DNA of 62,501 bases from a virus. Lineage: Duplodnaviria > Caudoviricetes. Position 1 is the stretch's first letter; each line of letters begins with the position of its first letter. This document shows, piece by piece, positions 1 through 7,951 of this stretch. Position numbers and translations under genes: made by a program. The notes under the pieces were generated by a model. It had not been told where the DNA came from and searched no databases. It saw only the letters and a program-made list of their open reading frames with translations. The stretch covers positions 1 to 62,501 of IMG/VR virus record IMGVR_UViG_3300031772_000033. One strand, written 5' to 3'.

Positions 1-254
1 GGTTTCGGACACAACTTCACTTTATTAAGAGGCTATTAATGCTCAAAAAGATTCTCCTTTTCTCCTTCTTGTTTTGTGGTTTGGGTTGTTCTCAGGACGC
101 GGGGCCGAAAAGCCCCGCACCTGAGAGTGTTCCTTACGCACAATATCAGGAAACAAAAGACGCGCTCCACGATTACGTTTTAGAAAATCGCAGAGCCGCA
201 GAACTTAACAAAAAACTTATTAATGACATCAATGTTTTTGTCAATGAACTCAAA
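1..254. repeat. Terminal direct repeat, left copy (circular assembly overlap)
   Basis: Matches 62248-62501 except G127 vs C62374. Confidence 0.97.
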
Positions 255-359
255 GCAATAAAAACAGAAGATCCGGAACTCGACAAGGCATTGGCAAAAT
301 ATAACATTCAAAGAAATCCAGTCAAGTCAATCATTCCGCCTAAGCCAAAGGAAAAATAA
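39..359 (+). CDS. Exported or lipoprotein-like coiled-coil protein
   Basis: MLKK, hydrophobic stretch, GLG/C; follows the 61142 fibre-like gene on the circle. Confidence 0.6.
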   Translation: MLKKILLFSFLFCGLGCSQDAGPKSPAPESVPYAQYQETKDALHDYVLENRRAAELNKKLINDINVFVNELKAIKTEDPELDKALAKYNIQRNPVKSIIPPKPKEK

Positions 360-1072
360 TGGCAAGGTTTCCGTTCTGTGTAATAGAAGACGTTCAGCAA
401 CATAACCAGAGCAGGGCGACTTTTTCGGGAACTACTAAACCTACGTCTACGCAAGTTACGGCGTTCATGGACAATATCGCGGATGAAATAAAATCCATCG
501 CATCAACGTCTGGTTATAATATAAATAGTCTGCATGAAGTATCCGCGACCGTGGCTCTTGCTGTGACTACTGGAGCAAATAAGGCCGTAGTAGTTTCGAG
601 CACGGATGGATTTGTATTAGTTGACGATATACTAATGACCGGACTTACCGGAACTACGCGAGTTTGGCAAGTTACATATGTAACGGCTATAGTTCCTTCG
701 ACTAATACTATCACGCTTGCCAATGTTGCTACAGCCACGGATGCGGGAACTACTACTTTATATGTTTATAATTCAGCACTCAGGATTTTAAGGAATCTAA
801 ACGCGATTGGCGCGGCGGCGCAGGCGGAACAGGCGGCTTATCTCGGAACGTCTCAGGATAAATCCGAACATGCTGAAGCTCTTTGGATGCAATATTACGG
901 GAGTGAAGAAACACAGGGCGGACTTTGGGCGATCAAAAACATACCGAATTATCTGCTTGGTGCTACGGTTACTTCAAGTGCGGCGCATAGGGATACGATC
1001 ACAAGTTACGGTTCTGAACATTCAACCGATGACGATGTTGAGGCGGTTTTCACAAGAGAAACCGAATTTTAG
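359..1072 (+). CDS. Putative head-tail adaptor (Mu gp36-like) with inserted beta domain
   Basis: Position after the head module; N-terminal FCVIEDV...IADEIKSIAST.GY pattern; Thr/Val-rich insert. Confidence 0.55.
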   Translation: MARFPFCVIEDVQQHNQSRATFSGTTKPTSTQVTAFMDNIADEIKSIASTSGYNINSLHEVSATVALAVTTGANKAVVVSSTDGFVLVDDILMTGLTGTTRVWQVTYVTAIVPSTNTITLANVATATDAGTTTLYVYNSALRILRNLNAIGAAAQAEQAAYLGTSQDKSEHAEALWMQYYGSEETQGGLWAIKNIPNYLLGATVTSSAAHRDTITSYGSEHSTDDDVEAVFTRETEF

Positions 1073-1081
1073 AGGTGACTA

Positions 1082-1303
1082 ATGAAATTCAAAGGATTGA
1101 AAAATAGTGGCGTTTGTATGCCAGACGGGAAATCAATTTCTTTCGACGAAAATGGGATATTCGAAACTGAAAACAAAGACGAAATAAACTTCTTGAAAGC
1201 GTTGCAATACAAGGAATTTGTACCAGAACTTAAAATTGAAGTCAAGGAAATCAAAGAGAAACCCGATCCTAAAAAACCAGACATGAAGATTGCGGATAAA
1301 TAA
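1082..1303 (+). CDS. Hypothetical protein
   Basis: GAGGTG RBS, tightly packed ORF. Confidence 0.7.
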   Translation: MKFKGLKNSGVCMPDGKSISFDENGIFETENKDEINFLKALQYKEFVPELKIEVKEIKEKPDPKKPDMKIADK

Positions 1304-1819
1304 TGGATACGCAATGGCACGATGCGGAAATTTTAAAGCGTGTCAAACAAGTAGTCAATGTCAGGTTAAGACGGTCGGGTGAAGTATTACAAAAAGCTAT
1401 TCAAAAGAATATAACAACACAGGAACTTGTTGAATCGGGAAAGATGAGGGATTCGGTTTATCTGGATGAATTTCCTGAAGAATTAAGGGTCAGGGTTGGA
1501 GTTGGAAAGGAATTGGCATATCCGCATATACACGAATTCGGCGGAATAATCAAACAGACGGTGACGGATAAGCAAAGGAGATTCTTTATTGCCAAAGGCA
1601 TCGAAGCCCAAAAAGGCAACCGTAAAAAGAATAAAAAAGCATAGGCGCGGGCGTGCGGCTAACCCGGATGCGGCTCAATGGTTTGCAATGTCAAGAGCGA
1701 ATACTTTGACCATACCGATCAAAGCAAGACCGTTTGTAAGACCCGCGTTATATACTACCAAGACGAAGATTTTGAGTATCATGGGCGATTTGCAATACGG
1801 AACAACTTTAGGTGACTGA
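1303..1819 (+). CDS. HK97 gp10-like neck/tail-completion protein split by a +1 frameshift near 1633-1640
   Basis: SGKMRDSV and YPHIHEFGG in one frame, ARPFVRPA in the +1 frame; the frames join at an A6 run. Confidence 0.7.
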
Positions 1820-2223
1820 TGACTTCTGAACTTCGAAGCGCAATAGAGACTTTAGGCTTGACCGTTACTGGACTTTCGGCAAATAATTTCTTTTTTGATA
1901 AAGCACCGGAGGGTACGGTTTATCCCTGGGTAATTTATTCAGAGGTTGCGAACGTTCATTCATGGGATTCCGCATATTACTTCGAAGATAATTATTTTCA
2001 ATTCGACATAAGAAATGCCGGGAAAGAAACAGAATTAGATGCAAGCGAAACGCTCGAAGCGGCGATTATAGCAAAATTTGATTTTACAACAAGCTTATCT
2101 GTTACCGGATATGGAGTTGAAAAATGCTTCAGACAGGGAACACCTAAAAAAACAAGATTCGAAAATTCAGATATTTGGCAAACAGTCATTGAATATTGGG
2201 TTAGACTATCAAAAGCACGCTAA
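1819..2223 (+). CDS. Tail terminator-like protein
   Basis: Size, position before the tail tube genes, APEGTVYPWVIY and FQFDI motifs. Confidence 0.7.
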   Translation: MTSELRSAIETLGLTVTGLSANNFFFDKAPEGTVYPWVIYSEVANVHSWDSAYYFEDNYFQFDIRNAGKETELDASETLEAAIIAKFDFTTSLSVTGYGVEKCFRQGTPKKTRFENSDIWQTVIEYWVRLSKAR

Positions 2224-2241
2224 ACAAAGAAAGGTAATAAT

Positions 2242-2628
2242 ATGGCAAGTACAATTACAATTTCCGGCGCATCTGGCACTCTTACTGCCCAAGGTGGGGC
2301 CGTGCCAATTACAGCGTGGACAATTACTCAGAAGGGCGATACGCGCGAGGTAACGGATTCCAATTCAGGCGCGGTTTCAGAATTCATCCCAGAAGGGCAT
2401 ACTCAATGGGAAGGAACCGCAGAGGCTTGGGTTCAGGATGGGACGGCTACGCTCACGGTGGGCGCGGCGGCGGCGGCTGGAACATTTCTTGCAGTCACCG
2501 GAACTCAATGGGCTGGAAATATGATTCTTACCAACAAAAATATCGGCCTCCAAATCAAAGGTACGGACGCTGTTAAGGTTTCCTATACATTTCAGGGGAC
2601 AGGTGCGCTCACGGAAACCAACTCCTAA
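2242..2628 (+). CDS. Tail tube (major tail) protein, paralog 1
   Basis: ITAWTITQKGDTREVTDS...VSYTFQGTGAL tube-like pattern; position. Confidence 0.8.
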   Translation: MASTITISGASGTLTAQGGAVPITAWTITQKGDTREVTDSNSGAVSEFIPEGHTQWEGTAEAWVQDGTATLTVGAAAAAGTFLAVTGTQWAGNMILTNKNIGLQIKGTDAVKVSYTFQGTGALTETNS

Positions 2629-2639
2629 AGGGGGAATAA

Positions 2640-3236
2640 ATGGCATCAACAGTTACATATAGTGGCGCTTCCGGGTTCCTCCTTTACGGAGCATCAACAA
2701 ATATCACAGGTGCAACCGGAACGACTACGATCACCGTCACCGCATCCGGTCACGGTCTTGCGGTCAAGGATATGGTCAAGATTGTTTCGGTGGGAGGAAT
2801 GACTGATTTAAATGGTACTCATATTGTCACGGCCTCAGCCACGACCTTTGCAGTTGCGCTTGGAACAGCCACATCTCAGACATACACAAGTGGCGGATCG
2901 GTTTCGAGATGTGTGACGATTACGGGTTGGTCGCTCACGCAAAAAGCCGATACACGGGAAGTTACGGACTCCGGTTCTGGTGCGACATCCGAATTTATTG
3001 CAGAAGGCCATACTCAATTCGACGGTTCTTTTGAAGGCATTCTTCCGGATGGTGCGCTTCGTCCGTCCGTGGGTTCGTCTTATGCAATGACTCTTGACAT
3101 GGATGCCAGCGATTCATTTTCCGGTACGGTCAAAATCACGGGTATGACTCCGGTTCTGCAAATCAAAGGTACGGATGCGGTGAAAGTATCTTATACATTC
3201 CAAGGTACGGGTACGCTTACGGAGACAAATAGCTGA
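2640..3236 (+). CDS. Tail tube paralog 2 with inserted FCCH-like beta domain
   Basis: Shares DTREVTDS and GTDAVKVSYTFQGTG.LTETNS with 2242; insert GHGL..D.V.I..VGGMTDLNG...YTSGG. Confidence 0.75.
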   Translation: MASTVTYSGASGFLLYGASTNITGATGTTTITVTASGHGLAVKDMVKIVSVGGMTDLNGTHIVTASATTFAVALGTATSQTYTSGGSVSRCVTITGWSLTQKADTREVTDSGSGATSEFIAEGHTQFDGSFEGILPDGALRPSVGSSYAMTLDMDASDSFSGTVKITGMTPVLQIKGTDAVKVSYTFQGTGTLTETNS

Positions 3237-3559
3237 TGAAATCCATTGAGGTTGAGCTATTTAGGAAAAAGATTAAATTATATGAGCGGTCGGCATTGGA
3301 TGTTTTTCAGTTTTTTGAATTTGCTAAAGAACATCCCATAGAGAAAGAGAATAGCATTTGGATTTTGGAATGTGCAATGATGATTAGAGACGCACTTAAA
3401 CCAAATCTTAAATGGTACAATAAAATTCTTTTAAGTAGAAAAGTAAACATAAATTATTTATTGAAAAATCTTTCTCCCGCTCAACTCCTGAAACTTTCAG
3501 AAAAAATCAATGAATTGGAAGGGAATAAAAAAAAAGTAATATCGGAGGAAAACCCATAG
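3236..3559 (+). CDS. Tail assembly chaperone (G-like)
   Basis: Lies between tube and tape measure; slippery A9 run near the 3' end. Confidence 0.8.
   Translation: MKSIEVELFRKKIKLYERSALDVFQFFEFAKEHPIEKENSIWILECAMMIRDALKPNLKWYNKILLSRKVNINYLLKNLSPAQLLKLSEKINELEGNKKKVISEENP
3527..3536 (+). other. Programmed -1 ribosomal frameshift site
   Basis: AAT AAA AAA AAA G; the -1 frame is open (SNIGGKPIGRDASAGLISYF...) to 3792. Confidence 0.8.
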
Positions 3560-3792
3560 GTCGAGACGCATCGGCTGGGTTGATCTCATATTTTTTCGGA
3601 TATGTTTTTGATAAGGTAGAAGAACTACCAATAACATTTTATAGACGATTGCTTGAACAAGCTATGAACATTGGAAATCTTCTCAGGCAGGGCGAATTCA
3701 AAATGCAAACGGATGAGGAAATACAAGACACGGCTCTTGCGGAATATAATCAATTGATAAACTCAGGACGCATAAACTGGAAAAAGAAATAA
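3529..3792 (+). CDS. Tail chaperone frameshift extension (GT-like)
   Basis: Open -1 frame with no good start of its own, abutting the tape measure ATG. Confidence 0.75.
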   Translation, partial: KKSNIGGKPIGRDASAGLISYFFGYVFDKVEELPITFYRRLLEQAMNIGNLLRQGEFKMQTDEEIQDTALAEYNQLINSGRINWKKK

Positions 3793-5754
3793 ATGGCCGG
3801 TTCTGAAAAATTAGGTGAAGTCTACGTTGAGATTCGGGCGAAGATAGACAAACTTGAAGCCGAACTAAAAAAGGCACAAGGTACGGCACAAACTTCGGCT
3901 AAGAAAGTTGAGAATGAATTCAATAAGATTTCGCCCAAGGCTACGGGTATAAATAAATATATGGGAGATGCAACCGCTCAAACGGGAAAATTAGGCCATG
4001 CTCTTGACGGGTTGCAATCTAAATTTACCGGCGTTAGTGTCGCCTCGCTTTCAATGGCCGTTGGTGTTGGCCTTCTTGCCGGGGCACTGAAACGTGCCAT
4101 AACATCCGCCTTTGAATATCAAGATTCAATCGTTGATCTGTCTGAGCAAATGGGATTTCAAATTAGCACTACTCAGGCATTAGATTATATGATGAAGAAA
4201 GAAGGTAAGTCCGTGGAAAGCGTATCGGCTGGATTTACTATTTTAATGAGACAGATGCAAGAAGCAAAAACCAAGGGCGGCGAAGCTAAGGCAATGTTTG
4301 AAAAGTTAGGAGTTGCATTATACGATGACAATTTACAGGCCAGGTCAACTGAAGCAGTTTTTATGGATGTTAATGAAGCAATACATAATACCGTAAATCC
4401 ATCGGAAAGAGCAGGAAAGGCACTCGAAGTTTACGGAAGAGCATGGAAAAATATGGCTCCTCTTTTCCTCGAAGGTAAAGCAGGTGTTGCGGCGGCAAGC
4501 GCGGAACTTAAGGCGTTAAACGTGAATATTGACGTCGAAAGAACCAAGCGATATGAAGAAGCAGTTGCAAGAATGAAGATGACCTTTACCGGTTTAACCA
4601 CTCAGGTTTTCAGGGCGACTTTTGCGATTGGTGATTATTTAGGCAAGACGGCATTTTTCAACTGGCTCTTAATCAAGAATTTAGGAAATTATGGGAAAGC
4701 GGTTAAGGAATATAATGCAGCAAATGCCGAAGTAGATGCAGCGGAAAAGAAAAGATTCGATGATCGTATGGCAATGATAAATGCGGCAGGCGCGCAAAAA
4801 GAAGGACTAACGGAAGATGAGGTAAAAACAGAACAGAAGGTCGCAGAGGAAAAGGCAACCGCAATTAAAGCGTATTATGATACTATTAAATTTCTATCTG
4901 CCGATTATATGAATTACCGGATAGCTCAGATAAATATAGAGGCAATGGCATTAAAAGCAAAAGCCGGAAAAGAAATTGACATTGAAACTTGGAAATATAA
5001 TGAATTAAAGAAATTAGACAAGGAATATAAGGATTTAATTGGAGGCGTTGGCGCAAGACGTGGCGGGAAACCGGAACGCGGACTTCCTTCCGGAATTCCT
5101 GTCCCTTACATGCCAGGTGGTTCTAATTTGGGACCGGGTGGTGAAAATATAGATATAATAAAAGCCGAAGATGCGCAAAAACGATTCGAAGATACTTATA
5201 ATTTTGCAGAAGACAAAACATCCGCGTTTTTTAATGGAATGCTTCAAATCTCCATACAAACCGACAATAGGGTTGCGCAGGGTTTTGTCAATATGGCAAA
5301 CGCATTCACGGCTGAAGTTGAACGCATGATGGCAAAATGGGCGGCATTTCAGGCCTTGCGAGCAATTTCAAGTATACCGGGTTTGGGTTTTCTTTCGGCT
5401 TTAATTCCGGGTGGAGCGTCCGGAGGTGAATTCGTCGGCACTTCTTCGGGCGTTCGTAAGGTCGCGTCGTTCGCGGGCGGTGGTTCGTTTACTGTCCCGG
5501 CGGGCTTCAATAATGATTCCTTTCCGATGATGGTACAAACAGGCGAGCGCGTGAGCGTTACGCCTTCAGGAGGGACTGGAAAAGATATTCAAATGTTAAG
5601 TGAAATTAATAAATCAATTAAAATAATGAATCTTAATAATATGGCTATGCAGAAACAAATTAATGTCAATGCACAAGTGAGCGGAAATCTTCAGGGACGT
5701 GATCTTCAACTGGCAGTTGAAAAAAGTCAACGTTTCGATGACCGGACAAGATAA
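3793..5754 (+). CDS. Tape measure protein
   Basis: LGEVYVEIRA N-terminus; Ala-rich helical body; FAGGGSF...GERV C-terminal motif. Confidence 0.9.
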   Translation: MAGSEKLGEVYVEIRAKIDKLEAELKKAQGTAQTSAKKVENEFNKISPKATGINKYMGDATAQTGKLGHALDGLQSKFTGVSVASLSMAVGVGLLAGALKRAITSAFEYQDSIVDLSEQMGFQISTTQALDYMMKKEGKSVESVSAGFTILMRQMQEAKTKGGEAKAMFEKLGVALYDDNLQARSTEAVFMDVNEAIHNTVNPSERAGKALEVYGRAWKNMAPLFLEGKAGVAAASAELKALNVNIDVERTKRYEEAVARMKMTFTGLTTQVFRATFAIGDYLGKTAFFNWLLIKNLGNYGKAVKEYNAANAEVDAAEKKRFDDRMAMINAAGAQKEGLTEDEVKTEQKVAEEKATAIKAYYDTIKFLSADYMNYRIAQINIEAMALKAKAGKEIDIETWKYNELKKLDKEYKDLIGGVGARRGGKPERGLPSGIPVPYMPGGSNLGPGGENIDIIKAEDAQKRFEDTYNFAEDKTSAFFNGMLQISIQTDNRVAQGFVNMANAFTAEVERMMAKWAAFQALRAISSIPGLGFLSALIPGGASGGEFVGTSSGVRKVASFAGGGSFTVPAGFNNDSFPMMVQTGERVSVTPSGGTGKDIQMLSEINKSIKIMNLNNMAMQKQINVNAQVSGNLQGRDLQLAVEKSQRFDDRTR

Positions 5755-7022
5755 TGGCAACGAATCCTTATTATACTACAATTAACTTTCCAGTTGAAAC
5801 TCTTGGAACGGGTGAAACTTGGCAACTTATTTTAAAAATAACAACAGCTGTTTCGGGTGATACGGTTTCGGAAGATTCTTTCGATCATGGACTCACAATA
5901 ACGGATCATGGAACTTTGTCGTGGGAATATGATGTTGATAATCTGCTTTTAGTGCCGGGAGAAACACAATTAAAACTTGCCGATACGGAAAATTATTTAC
6001 ACGATTTTCTTTTTGCAATATCAACGATTTCGGATGCAACAGACAAAAAATTTGAAGTGACAATAAAAGTTGATACCGTCGAAGAATTTACAGGATATGT
6101 ACTTGAAGATGATTTATCATATGATGGAGTTACAAAAATAATTTCATTCTCAGCAGCATCCCAAATAACATTACTTAATAATACACCACTTTATGAAACG
6201 GGAGAAGCCATAAAAGATCCGATAGGTTATGGGGCAAATTTGACATCATATTACACAATAACTCAACTTATTTCTGATATTTACAGTTTTATGGGAGTTT
6301 CGAGTGGTTCTTTTTGGCAGGATTGGACATTTGGAGATGAAGATGGGACTGAAAGTATAACATTTGGTTCGTTGGAAATGCAACCAGGCGAAATTTATAA
6401 CAATTTATATATACAATTAGAAAATTTGGGTGATGTATTAAAATGTTTCGCAAATACCTTTTGTTGCAGAACAGGAATTAGAGACAATACACGTTTTTTC
6501 TTTGTAAAAAATAAATATTATAGTACGGTTTCTTCGCAGACGATTGTCCCATTTGAATATGATAAGGAATTCAAATATCCTAAAACACAATATTGTAAAT
6601 ATAGTTTTTATGAAGATGAAACAGCAACAGCGAAAAGTCATAATACCGGAGATTTTACGAATTTAGATTCTTCTAAAATAGAACGGACGGTTATTCCGTA
6701 TGGATATTACATCGATCCAATATATTATGCGAATATGTATTATGATAGCGGGGGATTTAAAAAACATATTTATCGCGCTAAAGACCCTATTTTTTGGGAT
6801 ACATATGCGTCTATTCCTCAAATATCTACTTCGGTTCAATGGATTACACGTCAGGACATGAGATATTTAATGGTACATAAATTTAAAGTTAAGGGTTTTA
6901 CTTATGATTTAACTACTACGGTTTTATATGATTCAAAATATTTTCAAATTACTTCCATGAGGAAAAACTGGAAGGCCGGATATACTGAAATGGAATGCTT
7001 TTACTGTGCGGCGGTGGCATAA
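5754..7022 (+). CDS. Tail tip/hub protein
   Basis: Directly after the tape measure; acidic, aromatic beta-type composition. Confidence 0.6.
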   Translation: MATNPYYTTINFPVETLGTGETWQLILKITTAVSGDTVSEDSFDHGLTITDHGTLSWEYDVDNLLLVPGETQLKLADTENYLHDFLFAISTISDATDKKFEVTIKVDTVEEFTGYVLEDDLSYDGVTKIISFSAASQITLLNNTPLYETGEAIKDPIGYGANLTSYYTITQLISDIYSFMGVSSGSFWQDWTFGDEDGTESITFGSLEMQPGEIYNNLYIQLENLGDVLKCFANTFCCRTGIRDNTRFFFVKNKYYSTVSSQTIVPFEYDKEFKYPKTQYCKYSFYEDETATAKSHNTGDFTNLDSSKIERTVIPYGYYIDPIYYANMYYDSGGFKKHIYRAKDPIFWDTYASIPQISTSVQWITRQDMRYLMVHKFKVKGFTYDLTTTVLYDSKYFQITSMRKNWKAGYTEMECFYCAAVA

Positions 7023-7441
7023 TGGCTATCTTCGGCACAGGCGCACCCAAGATCGTGAGTGGCGCGATAACGGTTGAACTGGATTACGCGGTTGTCCTCA
7101 AAAGTGAACCAGATGAAAGGTCGTTCGTTCAGGAAAACAAGTTGACAGGTGCGGACGGGCATGTTGATCGTGGTTATCATTGGGATTTTGAAATGCGTGA
7201 ACATATTTATAAATACGCAGATCCAATGGCGAAGTATTTAGCTCTGGTTGCATTGCTCGGAACCGAAGTAAATGTATTTCCGCATAGAGATGAACCGGCT
7301 TTGTCAAATGCATCAGGCGTGGTTCCGTTTCTATTTACTGAAATTGTCCCTGAATATCTGGAAACGGTTTCATATCGGGATGCGTTGGTTTTAAAGTTCA
7401 CAAGTTTGGCGTTTGTTGATTTATCATTATCATTAAGTTAA
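7022..7441 (+). CDS. Tail tip (Dit-like) protein, paralog 1
   Basis: Starts MAIFGTGAPKI; paralogous to 7451. Confidence 0.55.
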   Translation: MAIFGTGAPKIVSGAITVELDYAVVLKSEPDERSFVQENKLTGADGHVDRGYHWDFEMREHIYKYADPMAKYLALVALLGTEVNVFPHRDEPALSNASGVVPFLFTEIVPEYLETVSYRDALVLKFTSLAFVDLSLSLS

Positions 7442-7450
7442 GAACATGAA

Positions 7451-7948
7451 ATGGCAATATTTGGAACAGGCAGTCCGAAAATCATTACAAGCGCAAGCGT
7501 GGAAATCACGCTTACTTGTGCGAAAGTATTAAAAGATGAACCTGTATTTGACAACATCATTCATGAAAATCCGGTTTCAGGGGAACGGGTGTTTCTTGCC
7601 AAGGGTTACAGGTGGGAAGTACAACTCATGGCCTATATTTATAAGGACGCAGATCCCAAAGCATTGTATACATCCATCAACACGGCACTTTATGATGAAG
7701 TGACATATTATAGGCATTTAGACGCGGAACCAGTTTGCGATTCAGGTGGTTCCCCGGTTACATTCTGGTTAAAGAAAATAACTCCTGTTTACGTGGAAAC
7801 GGTTACATATAAGGATGCTTTAATATTGGATTTGGTTTCATTGAAGTATGTTGATTTAAGCAAAGCGGTATTCGGATATATTTCGGACGACACAACTGGC
7901 GGTCATCTCGTTGACGATGAGACAGGCGGAGCAATAACCACAGGATAA
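7451..7948 (+). CDS. Tail tip (Dit-like) protein, paralog 2
   Basis: Starts MAIFGTGSPKI; shares YIYK.ADP and ETV.Y.DAL motifs with 7022. Confidence 0.55.
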   Translation: MAIFGTGSPKIITSASVEITLTCAKVLKDEPVFDNIIHENPVSGERVFLAKGYRWEVQLMAYIYKDADPKALYTSINTALYDEVTYYRHLDAEPVCDSGGSPVTFWLKKITPVYVETVTYKDALILDLVSLKYVDLSKAVFGYISDDTTGGHLVDDETGGAITTG

Positions 7949-7951
7949 AAT

